Below are positions 10,125-22,878 of a stretch of 64,000 bases of DNA, one piece after another. Each line of letters opens with the position of its first letter. Within the stretch, counting starts at the first letter, position 1. Source of the DNA: Massalongia carnosa (lineage: Eukaryota); the NCBI GenBank assembly GCA_965645245.1, contig OZ287087.1:558001-622000 (forward strand). Reading direction: 5' to 3'. Below the pieces are notes generated by a model. It was given only the letters and a program-made list of their open reading frames with translations, was not told the DNA's origin and did no database searches. The translations under genes were made by a program, and so were the position numbers.

Positions 10125-13100
10125 GTTTCGTCTCGGTTCTCCGGAAACAGGTCCTCTGCTGTATGGAGTTTGCTACCAGGATCGGAAGTCGCTATGAACT
10201 TAGCAGTTCGTTTCCCATCTTCAGCATGTATGGTGCATTCTACCTCGTTGTTACGGTAGTCCAAGCCCACACGCATCTGGTGAAGATAAGGTTGTCCTAG
10301 CACTAGTTGATGGTCCGCAGCATCAATGACAAATATGTGGTTAAGCGACGCTACTCCGCCAATATCAACCTCCACGTTTTCACACACCCCGAGGAATTCC
10401 TTTCTATGTCCGGTATGGGAAATTAGATTGATATTTGGGTAAGGTCGCATGGCCAGACCCTCGCGCTTAGCGACATCATATGTCATCACGTTCACTTCGG
10501 CACCTGAGTCAAGAAGAGACTTATATCGGCCTCCATCACCAACTCGCACTTTGGCTTTAGGTGTCGACCTTGTATATGCTCTGCGGAGTAGTGGATCCCG
10601 AATGCCGATAGAGCCGATTTTTACCGTTGGACCGTCCTGTCTTTCTGCTTCCGTATTTCGTGTCACTTTGTTAACTACCGATTTAAACATGGGTAACATG
10701 GCTATGATATTGCCATTGGTCAGTCCTCCAGTACCAGCTGCTAGCGATTGCAGATAGCGGCCCTGTATCAAGTCCACGTTGAACTCTCGTCTCGCTATCT
10801 TCAGGAATTCTTCTGCACCTATCTTTTCTATGGCGTCTCGAACTTCTCCACGAATAGGTGCCCTCAGCACTCCGGTACCCGGCTTCTTCTTTCCGCCGCC
10901 TTTCCCAGCTAGACCTGCTTCTGTCATTTCCACATCTTCTTCTATAGGGTCAGCAAATGTTACCCGAGGTTCTGCCGCGGAAGCTCTGTCGGTTGGTTTT
11001 GATTGGTCAAGACTATCATTCCGACGTTCTACCGACGTAGGAAGCGGACTCCAATTGCCATATCTAGGTGCTTTCGGTACTGCGAAATGGTCCTCGCGCT
11101 CAGCCCTGCGTTTCAGAATTCGTTTAGCCGGCTCTTTCCAGTTCTCCTCAGCAGGTTTATTGTTTTCGGTCCTAGCCGAGTTGATAGAGGTAGTATGTTC
11201 GATGATCGTCACCTCCGGGTCCCATTCTTCGTCAGAAGAAAAGTCATCTGCACTATCCTCGCCTATTCGAACCGTGTGCACTTCGGCATTTTGTCCAGCT
11301 TGACTAAATTGATTGGCCAACATCTTCGCACGTCTAATGGACTCTTTTTGTGTCACACCCGGTAAATGCCGAATTGGGTTGGAATATGTACCCATCGGTC
11401 CCAGACAGAGCAGGCCTTTCTCATTCAGATGGATAACACCATTCCTTTGGTCAGCGTCGAAGTCTGGACAGTCTCTTCGCCTGTCATGCAGTACCTTCTC
11501 TCCACAATAGTTGCAGCTTTCGTCGCTACCATATTGATGGTCATGCTGTTGTCTCTGTCCGTCATAGGATGACTGTCTATGTGGTGATTGGGAACGGTTC
11601 CGACTCTGCTGACTCTGCTGACTATTCTGATTGGCCGGTCGCATTTGAGCTCCGGTGGCAAGGACTAATGCATCGAACTTATTGGTCAGGTCCATGATAG
11701 TTTTCTCCGTGGACTTCGATAGGCTAACAGTAGTCGAGTCTGCTACTGGTGGACTAAGCGAGTTCATGATATTTTCATGACCGTCTAGCACTATCTTTTT
11801 GTCGAACTGGTCGGCTAGAGCACTATATTTATCGGTTACACTCTTCTCGGTCCGCATCACCTCCTTATATTTCATTCTCGCCTCTACTAGTGTCAGAGTC
11901 TTTTTCACCAGTCCATCAAAGTCCTTCATCACATTATCGTCGAAATCAACACCTCGGCGAAAGAACAACTCTTCGCGTATGTCAGCAGGAAGACCTTGCA
12001 TGAACCACTGATTTCGTGTGTAAATGTCTAGCTTCTCTTGACTAATTAGGGCTTTGGATATGGCACCGAACTTCCGACAGAAGTTCCGCACATCATCGTC
12101 GCTAGTGCGTACTTTGTCCTTGTATGACTCCAGAAACGGTCGAGAATTCACCTGCTGAATGCTATCGCCAGCCTTGTACTCTTTCTTCATCACCTTGCTC
12201 AGCTGTGTCCATCTTCTCTCCACAAAGTCCGGAAGCGACTCAATGGTCTGGCCAATTAGCATGTCGCAATAACGGGGCAACCTACGAATCCTCTCATTGT
12301 TTCCGACATGATAGTCCTCACACATATCCTCGTACCGACTCAGGAACTCCGACACATTTTTACCTTGAAAGAATGGAGTGCCAGGAGTGCCTGGTTGAGG
12401 CATGGTCATCACAAATCCAAAGGGTCCAGCGGACATGGCTGGTCTATTTCCAAAAGACTCGGGGCTTGTCGACGATGGTGTGGTCATGGTGCTCTCTGCC
12501 TCGTGACTAGGTTGACCTTCGGTTGTAGGTATGATAGTCGATGGACTATCTCGGCTCGCAAGTGGAGCAGGACTATCAGTTCGCGTACGTGCCTCGTTAG
12601 TGTTTCGGACGCTAATGACAAGTTGCTCAAGAAGAGGAATGAGGTTTGTAACGATTTTTGTCAGCTGTGAGGTAGTTGTTTCTTTGTCGTCAGAGGTTGG
12701 GATATGACTACTCGGCTGACAATAGTATTGATGACAATGCGAAACAGGATGATGAGTATACGTCTCTCCTGCAGACGAATGACCAATAGGAGCTTGCTTA
12801 GTCGGCTCGAAACAATGATATGACAAACAAGGACAAGTATGTGTCTGGTACGGTGGAGGTAGGTCGAAATGTCTGTGGTGCAGAGGTGCTGGTGCCGCCT
12901 CCGTATGCAGACGTTGTCTGTTATAGCAATGCGCTCTGCTTTCTCTCTCGGTATTGTCAACTGGTGAATAGGAAGTTTGATATGAATTGTACGAATGGGT
13001 AGAATGGAATGGCTGCGCTATTCTGCCATCGGAGGGAAATGAGGCTACTTTTATGTCTACTCCGTGTCGTTTTGTCTCTCGGTTCCCGACGCTGGCTAAT

Positions 13101-13171
13101 CTCCTAGCAGGAATGCGATACCGCTCAGGCCCCATGTCTGTGGGTACACTATATTTTTGCCACTGTCGCAC
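10115..13171 (-). CDS. gag: Gypsy gag-protease ORF
   Basis: PGTPFFQGKNVSEFLSRYE gag motif, Cys/His knuckle CNYCGEKVLHDRRRDC, aspartic protease LLDSGAEVN. True start codon uncertain. Confidence 0.9.
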   Translation of the reverse strand: MRQWQKYSVPTDMGPERYRIPARRLASVGNRETKRHGVDIKVASFPSDGRIAQPFHSTHSYNSYQTSYSPVDNTERESRAHCYNRQRLHTEAAPAPLHHRHFDLPPPYQTHTCPCLSYHCFEPTKQAPIGHSSAGETYTHHPVSHCHQYYCQPSSHIPTSDDKETTTSQLTKIVTNLIPLLEQLVISVRNTNEARTRTDSPAPLASRDSPSTIIPTTEGQPSHEAESTMTTPSSTSPESFGNRPAMSAGPFGFVMTMPQPGTPGTPFFQGKNVSEFLSRYEDMCEDYHVGNNERIRRLPRYCDMLIGQTIESLPDFVERRWTQLSKVMKKEYKAGDSIQQVNSRPFLESYKDKVRTSDDDVRNFCRKFGAISKALISQEKLDIYTRNQWFMQGLPADIREELFFRRGVDFDDNVMKDFDGLVKKTLTLVEARMKYKEVMRTEKSVTDKYSALADQFDKKIVLDGHENIMNSLSPPVADSTTVSLSKSTEKTIMDLTNKFDALVLATGAQMRPANQNSQQSQQSRNRSQSPHRQSSYDGQRQQHDHQYGSDESCNYCGEKVLHDRRRDCPDFDADQRNGVIHLNEKGLLCLGPMGTYSNPIRHLPGVTQKESIRRAKMLANQFSQAGQNAEVHTVRIGEDSADDFSSDEEWDPEVTIIEHTTSINSARTENNKPAEENWKEPAKRILKRRAEREDHFAVPKAPRYGNWSPLPTSVERRNDSLDQSKPTDRASAAEPRVTFADPIEEDVEMTEAGLAGKGGGKKKPGTGVLRAPIRGEVRDAIEKIGAEEFLKIARREFNVDLIQGRYLQSLAAGTGGLTNGNIIAMLPMFKSVVNKVTRNTEAERQDGPTVKIGSIGIRDPLLRRAYTRSTPKAKVRVGDGGRYKSLLDSGAEVNVMTYDVAKREGLAMRPYPNINLISHTGHRKEFLGVCENVEVDIGGVASLNHIFVIDAADHQLVLGQPYLHQMRVGLDYRNNEVECTIHAEDGKRTAKFIATSDPGSKLHTAEDLFPENRDETLN

Positions 13172-13672
13172 TCACGCCGTCGCTAAATCATTGAGGCATT
13201 CGCTAAATGTGGCGATGTTCTCAAACGGGATTAGTCTGTCGACTTCAACTGCCGAGTCGCAATTCCGAGGCTCCTGATTGGTCCGGTCCGTAATGCCGTC
13301 ACTTTTCCGTCTTTCTTCGTCTCGCTGTCAATTCTTTTAGTACCTAGACCGTCTCCACCGTGTCGCAAGCTGTATGGGGTCGTCCCGTCGCTATGTCCGA
13401 GTCCGCGCGTTCTTGAGAGGTCTGTTCGTGCCTCGTTGTCAGGGTCAAATGGATGCCCCCGTTCTTTCTGTCTTTCTCCGGTCACTGTATGTCGTTTTTC
13501 CACTATCTCTAGATATCTGTACGCTGTCGCTGCTTCCTGTCGCTGTTTCCTGTCGCTATTTCCTGTCGCTGTCGCTGTCGCTGTAAGTCTACTGTCTGTC
13601 TCACATGTCTGTCTAGACTCGTCGTTGGATTCCTGCTCCCGGTCAAATAGAGATCGCACCGTGGTCGCCAAA

Positions 13673-14022
13673 TGTGGAAGGATGAACTGGGTGGTGTGCG
13701 TGGTCCACTACTGCTAGGAGTGCAAGAGAACAAACAAACAAGAGAAGAACAGAACAATAGAATAAGGACAATAGCTAGATTGGTCTCTGTATGCCTCGTG
13801 CCTCGTGCCTCGTGCCTGTGAACTGTATGTGTTGATGCTATGTGTTGTAGCTATTGCTACGAGCATGCTTGCTCTAAAAGGAAAAGAACTATCTATAACT
13901 AAACTAAAAGAAAGACTGTCACCTGACTTCCCCTCTACCTTTACCGAGTATCAGCCGAAAAGAACTAACTCCCGAACCGCTAGCAATTTGAATTTAGAGT
14001 ATCACCGCTCCACCCCCCTACA
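13673..14022 (-). repeat. Gypsy 5' LTR
   Basis: Direct repeat of 5265-5614, adjacent to the PBS. Confidence 0.97.
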
Positions 14023-15300
14023 GCGCTTTCGTACAAATTTCTTCCCAAGTTCTGGACGATATGATGTTGAAAATGATATTGAGGACAATGACTCTTGTAC
14101 AATTATCTTGCAATGGAAAGCACACATCATATAACAGAAACAAGATTTTCGACGCTTGTTCACCGCTACATCTTGCAATTAGTAAAATTGTCCACGTATC
14201 AAACTACTTATTCAGTAACTGCATGTGGAACGATCAATCGTATGACTGTGATATATATTATCGTAACACAGTAGTACGTCTGAAAAAAACTAGAACAAAT
14301 TGTAACCCTGAAAAAATCCATCGTACGCTCACAACAAGTGAGCTAATCTCTTCTTATAACGCCATATGCAAATCCTCAAGAAAATCATCTTCTTGAGCGT
14401 TTTCATCTGGACCCTCCTCCGCTAATCCAGATCTTGCACCATTTCTCGATGCGTATGAAGAGCGTCCTCGTCAGGCTGCCATTGAAACGTGGCATTTGGC
14501 TATTGACACAAGGTCAAATTCCGGCTCTTGTTGACTTTGAATGTGATCTGTTACTGCTTGTCGCAGTAGTAAATACGCCACGCAATGCGTACGATCTTGT
14601 GATTGATTAGGAAAAGCATCTGCTGCAGTGATAGTGTTGATGTCAATGTCAAGTCCTTGCATGATTTCTTGAACCTATTGCAAGGTTGTCGCAGGAAGAT
14701 ATTCATCAATGGCTGTAACATCATTAGTCTCGTACGTGAAATGTTGAAGTCATAACATGCTTACGCCATTCTGCCACGTCATCTTGCAAGATTTGTAACA
14801 ATTCCGCATTTGGCTGAAGGCGATGATCTTCTATGTACAATCTGACAGGTTGACCAGATAAAGAATTTGGTCGCTGACGCTGTTTGCGTATCCTGTGTAC
14901 ATTCCACAATCGTACGAATCCAAAGATCTCTCGCCGAATGATAGGAGTATAAATAGCTAGAAATGCAATGCAATCGGACAACATGTGAGAATCATAGAGC
15001 TTGTCTTCTTGCAACATGGAAAAATACGTCTGTAATGTGTTAACGCTTGTCATTGAAAACGTACGAAAGCGATGACATACTCGCCATCTAAATATAGAAC
15101 TCTTTGTCAGTTGTCCCCACCATGCCTCGATTCGTTGATTCGCTGTACTAGTACTATAGTAATAACATTCCTCAAAAGAAATATCAGGCGATTGCTTCTG
15201 CATTAACTGATAGTGAGCATTGCCTATCATGGTTGTCTCGGAACCTCTGTCCGTACGAATGATCTGAGGCTGGGTGTTTTCTCTTTGCAGAATATCCAAA

Positions 15301-18071
15301 GGGTGCGGATACGGGCACACCCTATTAGCTACCTTAACACCCTACTTTGCTACCTTCCCACCCTACTTGGATACATTCACACCCTCGAAAAAGTAACCGC
15401 AAAAGGGAAAGTTTCCGCCCCCTTCCCTTTCCCAATTAGGGTAAGCGGCGCGAAATTTTGCCGCACCTGAAATTTCGCTGCATCTTTCGCAAAATTTCGT
15501 CGCATCTTGGAATTTCGCCGCAACCTTCTTCTTACTCCTGCAGAATGTCATCTTCCGATGACACGTTCAATGGTTTTGATACCGAATCCAATTCTTCCGC
15601 TCCCAATCTCATCATCCTCGAAAGAGTCCTATCTGCCTCCCCTCCGCCAGCTTCTCCCCCTCCGCCAGCTTCTCCCCCTCCGCCAGCTTCTCCCCCTCCG
15701 CCAGCTTCTCCCCCTTCGTCAGCTTCAGCACCTCTTGCTGCTCCGGAAGAAGGACAATCCTTTGAGTCTTTGGAAGACTTGATTCAACGAGTCAATGAGC
15801 ATGCTGGCCCGCGCGGTTATGCAATTGTTCTCGCTCGTACGAAGAAGAATAAGGATGGAAATACGCGCAAAGCTTGGTTGATTTACGATCGAGGAGGCAG
15901 AGTGAGAGAACCTCGCGGACAAAGTCGTCGTCATACTGCCAGCAGAGCCATTGCTTGTCCCTTTTCAATGATTGCGATTCGGGAAAAAGAGTCTGATATC
16001 TGGTTTTTGGAAGTGGTCAAATCGGAACATAATCATGCCTCGAGTTTGGCAGGGGCTCATCCAGTGCATCGAAAGATGGCTATCACCGCCGAGGTAAAAG
16101 ATGAGATATCGCGTCAGCTAACTGTTCAGACTGCTCCATCGAAAGTGATTTCGAGTCTGCGCATACCTGATCTTACCACCGGAATCAATTGGGACGATCC
16201 GGCCAATCCTCGAGTCGTCAATCCCATGATCAAACCTCGAGACATCTACAATCTCAAGGCTCAACTTCGTCGCGAGGCTTTGGGACCGTTGACTCCCATA
16301 CAGGCATTGATTCGAGAGCTTGATCAGAGCGACGATTAGTTGTATCAAATGCAAAAGAATGAGGAGGATCGCAATCAGATAACTCATTTATTCTTTGTAA
16401 AAGGAAGTTCCCGAACTTTTTTAAAGTCCAACTATGAGGTTCTGATCATGAATTGCACTTATAAAACCAATCGCTACAAAATGCCTCTTCTGATCATCAG
16501 CGGTCAAACCGCATTGCATACCAATTTCTATGTGGCTTTTTGCTTCATGGCCAGTGAGACAAAATCTAACTACACCTGGGTTTTGAGGCAAGTCAAAGCT
16601 CTATATTTGCAAATGGAGCTTCCAGATCCGACCGTCATTGTCACCGACATGGAAAGAAGTCTGATGCTTGCTCTTCGTGCGCAATTTCCTCGTACCAATC
16701 ATCTGCTTTGCATTTGGCATATCAATAAGAATGTCGTCGCCAATTGCAAAAGACAATTCAGCAGGGAAGAATAGGACACCTTCTTTGCGGAATGGAAAGC
16801 GATAACTTACGCCTCATCGGAAGTCATACTATGGGAGCTCTGGGGTCATTTTTCGATCAAATACAAGGACTATGAGGTAGTGGAATATCTGGCTACCACC
16901 TACATTACTCATGTTCAGCATTTCTAAAATGCTTTACCAATCGAGTACTGCATTTGACACCACCACTACTTCTCGAGGTGAGGGAGGGCATGCAGTGATC
17001 AAACGTCAATTAGGAACGTCGACCGGAGATCTGAAAACGGCGGTGGACGGAATCAGTCTTTTATTGATGAACGAGTATCATAACTATTGGATCAAATTGA
17101 ATGAGGACAAAACGCTATATCCGCTAGATCTTCGGAAATCAATTTTTCAGCAAATATCTCCATTCATCAGTACTAAGGCAATCAGAAGAATTAATTCTCA
17201 GTACGATTTACTGACCGGGAGACCGACGGCTCTGCCAGCATGTACGAATTCTTTTACAACCACCACCGGACTGCCTTGCAGTCATAGAATTCAGGAAAGA
17301 TTGTATGGCGAAGGAAGTTTATTGCTGGAAGACGTTCATCCACATTGGAGATTTGAAAGAAACGCTCCCGCCAATGATTTCAATTTGCTGATAGTGGAAG
17401 AACCAGACATTATTCGACCTCGTGGACGACCTTCGGGAGCGGAAAACAGAAGAACTCAAGCTTTCAATGCCTCTACGGGTCGACAACCTTCTCAATTCGA
17501 GCGAGTTATTATGGAGACGGCAGAAGATGAAGAGGTGCCAGCGGATGTGGAACGGGTCATTCGTCGGGCGGATCCAGCCCCGACAAGGGCGCGAGGCAGA
17601 AGAGCTCGAGCTGATCGAGCTGATCGAGGTGGTGGAGATGCGCGGGGGACGCGGGGGACGCAGGATGCGCAGGAGACTCGAGGGACTCGAGGTGCGCGAG
17701 GGATTCGAAGAAGTGCTCGGAATGCGCGAGAGAATCAGGGAGGTGAGGGAGATGTCAGAGATGGAGACGGCGAAAATGAGGGTTGAATGAAGCAGCGATA
17801 GATCAGGCAGGAAATGAGGTAGCTAGTCTGCTTTAAGTTTAGTAGCTTGAAATCAAGGTGCGTATGGTCTGAGGCTCGAAAACATGGAATTTCTTCCTTC
17901 CCCATCTCAGGCGACAGAATTTCGCACCGCTTACCCTACTCGGGAAAGGGGGGGCGGAAACTTTTCCTTTTGCGGTTACTTTTTCGGGGGTGTGAATGTA
18001 TCCAAGTAGGGTGTGAAGGTAGCAAAGTAGGGTGTTAAGGTAGCTAATAGGGTGTGCCCGTATCCCGACCC
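15301..18071 (+). mobile_element. Mutator-like element (MULE) with long TIRs and 8-bp TSD TATCCAAA
   Basis: TIRs of about 130 bp starting GGGT..GGATACGGGCACACCCTATTAGC; TATCCAAA at 15293-15300 and 18072-18079; empty site in copy B at ~31214. Confidence 0.95.
15545..17786 (+). pseudogene. MULE transposase (FAR1-type N-terminus, MULE DDE, SWIM-like finger) with premature stops
   Basis: MNCTYKTNRYKMPL (expected catalytic D reads N), VIVTDME, LCIWHINKN, TTSRGEGGHAVIK, TGLPCSH; TAG at 16337 and 16772. Confidence 0.88.
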
Positions 18072-18861
18072 TATCCAAATATTGACGCAACACGCTGACA
18101 CCGGTTCTATTTGTGATACCTACATAAGCGTAAACCTCAAGCCCGTACGCCTTGAGTTTATCGTATCCATCCATAGACCAAAGATAATTTGGTCCCGGAA
18201 TAACGTATTCTCCTCTATGTCGAAGCAAGTCGGAATAACGCAGTTTTATTCCCACAGGATCTAACGTACGAACAGCGGCAAACAATCTATCACTGAAAAG
18301 TTATTAGTAACTTAAAATGACGAGTCTCAAAGATTTACACAGGCCGTGAGATAATGTTTCCTTGCGTACGAAAGTGATAGAATAATTGTCGTCCGAATCC
18401 ATCAATAACTACTGAATCTAGTTCCTGACGCACTAGTCTTTCTGCTTCAGCGTCCGCTTCCGCTTTATTGAAAACAGATACTCGTATGTATATGCCCATA
18501 GATTTTCGAATTCGTTGTAAAGCTCGTGGTGCAATAGTAGAACCTTCTCGCACAAGAGCATGTAGTGTGTCTGCATCATTGAAGCAAGACTCGTACGTAA
18601 GAGCAATAATTCGTAATCTAAGATCAGCAGTATCTGAAGTTATAACATGTGTGCCAAGATTCCAGCTTTTCAAACGTTCGTTCCAGAGTTCTTCTACTGA
18701 CTCGTACAGAATGATTTTGAGACAAAAGATGTCTTATTTCTAAGACTGTATGTTTTTGTTGTATCAAACCTGTAACATACAGTTTGTATGCTTCCAAATC
18801 AATAAATCGTGGAGGCATTTGTAACTTGTAAGGTGCGAGGTCGCGATTGACAGTTTCAAAT

Positions 18862-18898
18862 TTTCGTTATGGCGGTTTGGTATTTACCGTCCGCCGTA
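18862..18898. repeat. Right TIR of element copy A
   Basis: Exact reverse complement of 22056-22092; identical to 32007-32043. Confidence 0.92.
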
Positions 18899-19264
18899 GA
18901 TGGCGGGGCTGAATCCTAAGGTAGGCTAGATTTCGATGAGAACGAGCTTATACCTACCTATATCATAAAGGGGCTCGCTCTGCCATTCAGAATAACTGGA
19001 CCCTGTCATCTCCGTTGAATCCGGCGCCTCTGACGACGACCCCGTCGCTGATGCGGAGCAGTGCCCAGGCTCCGGGATGTAGGTCAGGCATAATTCACAT
19101 ACTACGCTATGGTATCTTGAATGACCGACCATCTTTTGTGGGTTGTGATTGTAAGCTGGGATCGGTGACTGCCGGTATCCTACGATTTTGCGCGTGAGTT
19201 CGAGCTGACGATCTACAGACCAAGCGCCTCCTGTCCGCACAAGAGCAGATGTCAGATCGCTACC

Positions 19265-21584
19265 ATGCCACCTATTTCAGACCTTGTGCAGCTTTCAAAG
19301 CTCGAGACTCAATTCCACTCTGATCCGGAATATACGCAACACGTCCAGTACATTTCTGGAAGTACGGCAAGACAAAGAAAAGTTCGCATGGAGGAAAAAT
19401 GGATGAGAGAAAGGATGCTAGGAAGCGGCAGTTTCGGGATCGTCTGGTTAGAGCGGTGTATTCAAGGGAACAGTGAAGGGAAAGTACGAGCTGTAAAGAA
19501 GGTCCGAAAACTTGAGTCCAGCGATTATTACAGAGAATTGGAAGCTATTGCTCTGTTTTCTCACAGCAATGTAAGTCTATACTGCTGTTATTCTTTCACA
19601 ACCTACTTTTCCACACCTTACGCTAACGTCAAGCTAGTACGAACGATGCTTTGTTAAGTCCTTCGGCTGGTATGATGATAGTGACAGCATATTTATTACT
19701 ATGGAGTACCTTTCATATGGTGATTTGCATAAGTACATCGGTTCGCCGCTACCAGAGAAGGAAGGACAGCATATCGTTTTTCAGATCCTCGAAGGCTTAC
19801 AATTCATGCATGATAAAGGGTTCGCTCACAGAGATTTAAAGCCAGCTGTAAGCCTAGCTACATGCATCAATATAATCAGAAAATTAGCTAATACTCTAAG
19901 TAATACAGAACATACTAGTTGTGGACAAAGGCCCAGAGTGGTGGGTCAAGATCGCAGACTTTGGAGTCAGCAAGCGGGCAACAGAGGGACTTACAGCATT
20001 AAGAACCCAAAAAGGCACACCTGCTTTTATGGCACCAGAAGTACTTGGCTTTATTCAATTGAACGACGAATCAAATGATTCGTATACAAACGCTGTTGAT
20101 ATCTGGTCTCTAAGTGTTATCACATTCTTCATACTCACCGGCGAGATTCTTTTCAAAGACCTGCGCCGTCTAGGTCAGTATGTTGCGGGCAACTTTAAAT
20201 TTCCTTTGAATGTCTTGCTTGTAAACAAAGTAAGTGGACAGGGATGCGACTTCTTAAAAAGCTCAATGGCGTCAAAATCTGAGGATCGTCCGAGGGCTAA
20301 TGAATGTTTACAACATTCGTGGTTGGATTTTCTTATAGAAGAGGCGGCTCCCGACACTCCAAGGTATTACTTCTTATAGATGGAGACAGAAAATTATTAT
20401 AATATCTTATAATAATAATGTTGTAGTGTTGCTGATATCTTTGCAGAAAAATCAATGTTACAAAGCCAATTTCAACACCGCTGGACTGTTCAGATCCTGA
20501 GCCCTCTGCTAATTGGAGCACTCAAGACTCAATCTCGGCCTACGAGACTTATAGCTCTACGGGCGTGCTTACTAAAAAGACTTCATCTACTTCTAAGGAA
20601 GCAGTAGCATCTTCAAAATCAGAACCAGCGACTCAAATCTATTGGCATATGGCAAGCATCCTCAAGGGTCATTCGGATTATGTTAGGGCGGTGGCATTCT
20701 CGCCAGACGGGAAGCAGATCGCGTCTGCATCGAGGGACACGACGATCAGGCTCTGGGACTCGGCCACGGGGGCTTCGCGCAACATCCTCAAGGGTCATTC
20801 GGATTATGTTAGGGCGGTGGCATTCTCGCCAGACGGGAAGCAGATCGCGTCTGCATCGTGGGACACGACGATCAGGCTCTGGGACTCGGCCACGGGGGCT
20901 TCGCGCAACATCCTCAAGGGTCATTCGGATTATGTTAGGGCGGTGGCATTCTCGCCAGACGGGAAGCAGATCGCGTCTGCATCGTGGGACACGACGATCA
21001 GGCTCTGGGACTCGGCCACGGGGGCTTCGCGCAACATCCTCGAGGGTCATTCGGGTGAGGTTGACGCGGTGGCGTTCTCGCCAGACGGGAAGCAGATCGC
21101 GTCCGCATCGTGGGACAGGACGATCAGGCTCTGGGACTCGGCCACGGGGGCTTCGCGCAACATCCTCGAGGGTCATTCGGATTATGTTAGGGCGGTGGCA
21201 TTCTCGCCAGACGGGAAGCAGATCGCGTCCGCATCGTGGGACAGGACGATCAGGCTCTGGGACTCGGCCACGGGGGCTTCGCGCAACATCCTCGAGGGTC
21301 ATTCGGGTGGAATTCTCACGGTGGCGTTCTCGCCAGACGGGAAGCAGATCGCGTCCGCATCGAGCGACACGACGATCAGGCTCTGGGACTCGGCCACGGG
21401 GGCTTCGCGCAACATCCTCAAGGGTCATTCGGGTGGAATTCTCGCGGTGGCATTCTCGCCAGACGGGAAGCAGATCGCGTCCGCATCGTGGGACAGGACG
21501 ATCAGGCTCTGGGACTCGGCCAGGGCTCGGCCACCGGGGCGGCGTAATAAGTTTTCCCAGTACCTAGAAAAGTTTTTCACATAG
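19265..21584 (+). CDS. Ser/Thr protein kinase fused to 7 highly conserved WD40 repeats, paralogue A (exons 19265-19570, 19638-19847, 19909-20363, 20447-21584)
   Basis: GSGSFG, AVKK, HRDLKPAN, DFG, GTPAFMAPE, DIWSL; three GT-AG introns splice in frame; 7 x 126-bp GH...WD repeats. Confidence 0.9.
20661..21522 (+). repeat. 7 x 126-bp WD40-coding tandem repeat
   Basis: Near-identical units varying mainly at GHSxxVxA and ASASxDx codons. Confidence 0.97.
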
Positions 21585-22202
21585 AAAATTATTACGACCT
21601 CCATCCCCACCCACCTCCATCGCCCTTTACGTCCTTATATACCATTTTAATCATTGGATTATTAATTCCTGCTTCAAAGAATGTCGCTCTGCTTTGAAAT
21701 CTAAGCTACTTCGAAATTCTTGTCCTGAAATGTACTTTTCTTTGAAATACACTTTGCTTTGAAATCCTATGTCACGGCGTATAACGACCTCGCGGTTAAA
21801 TAAGCTTTACCATTAAGTTAACCGACCTATTAGCCTTGTAGGACGAATAGGCACAAATCTGTAGTGAGAAACTTCAGTGCTTATTCTACTACGTGTACGA
21901 TAGAGGCACATTAATCAGAAAACGACAGTATAAACGCAAACAGAAAAAAGTAACCTTTCCAAAAACGCAGAACAAAGAACATAGCTTCAGGCGACGTCAC
22001 TACATCACAAACCAAATCCTGTTCCGCTGCCATCAAAACGAGACGAATGCAAATCTACGGCGGACGGTAAATACCAAACCGCCATAACGAAATTCTTGAG
22101 TTTCGAATCGCGACATTGCGACGAAAAAACAACGTACATTTATAATTCCACGCTTTCTTCTCTTCCCATTTCTTCCTCTCTATTATATAAAGTTAGTATA
22201 GT

Positions 22203-22878
22203 TCAATGATGGGACTTCGTACGATCTGAAACATACTCTTCAACCTTGTCTGATATGCTTAAAGTGTCAACCTGCGCTGCCGCTAACTCTCGAGACAACT
22301 GAACATCAGGGTTGTCTTCTACAGAAGACAACGAGACGGTTGTCTCAATTGTACGACGCTCTGACGCAGACGCAGACGACGAAAGAGGGAGTGCCACATG
22401 AGAGAACTGTTGCGTTAAGGGAGGAATAGGTCTGACGATCGCGTACACTCCGTCTATAACATAATTAAATAAAGCAATAAGATTCTCACATATTTTAGAC
22501 ATTACGTACGATATCGGCATTGAGCCGAAGCATCTCCCCAAACGCAATTGGCACACGCGCCTTCTCTCAAGACATCTAAACCATAGCATCCAATGAAGGG
22601 CCCCGATCCTCGTACGCAACGCTTGCACGGAAGATGACGAAGAGCCCCTCGAGATGCTATGATTAGAGCTTAAATATAAGAAGACCGGGCTCGTTCAATC
22701 TGATGTGCCTTGATCCCTTCCGCATGCCTTAATTGCACATTGCGACCCGTGGGACGTCGCAATAAGAAAACACGCAATTCTTCGTGCAGGTCATACGGAA
22801 GTAACTAAATCAAATTAGAAACATGAATAACAATATGAGACAAGAACTTACCTCAGGAGCTGCAGTCCGCACCATCAT
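22203..22878 (-). pseudogene. DUF3716-like Cys-cluster protein, copy B (3 exons, in-frame TAA at 22670-22672)
   Basis: MMVRTAAPE|LLPYDL...PCKRCVRGSGPFIGC...GACANCVW...C|DGVYAIVRP; introns start GTAAGT and GTAATG. The C-x2-C/GPF/C/CANC pattern matches DUF3716 as I recall it. Confidence 0.65.

Larger units (their letters stand above)
5265..14022 (-). mobile_element. Full-length Ty3/Gypsy LTR retrotransposon without chromodomain, 4-bp TSD GCGC
   Basis: Apparently identical 350-bp LTRs (5265-5614, 13673-14022, TG..CA); GCGC on both sides; empty site in copy B at ~24795; tRNA-type PBS TGGCGACCACGG (13659-13670, -); PPT AGAGAGAGGGGAAC next to the 3' LTR. Confidence 0.97.
14423..18818 (-). pseudogene. 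Clr5-like HTH + integrase-core DDE transposase, copy A (MULE inserted, frameshifts)
   Basis: MPPRFIDLEAYK..RRTLER N-terminus; GPNYLWSMDGYDKL, RTDRGSET, STANQRIEAWW motifs; split at 15301-18071. Confidence 0.8.
2994..18898 (-). mobile_element. TIR DNA transposon copy A (IS3EU-like, three genes); left part cut off by Copia, interrupted by Gypsy and MULE
   Basis: Collinear near-identity with 22444-32043 once insertions are removed; right TIR at 18862-18898 ends ...CCGTCCGCCGTA. Confidence 0.85.

Noticed and set aside
20619..21567. Long alternative-frame and antisense ORFs over the WD40 arrays (also 33761-34709)
   Set aside because: By-product of a stop-free 126-bp GC-rich unit repeated in tandem.
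18862..22092. Kinase-WD40 gene A as cargo inside its own TIR pair
   Set aside because: The TAC/GTA termini face the gene; they are the right end of element A and the left end of element B.
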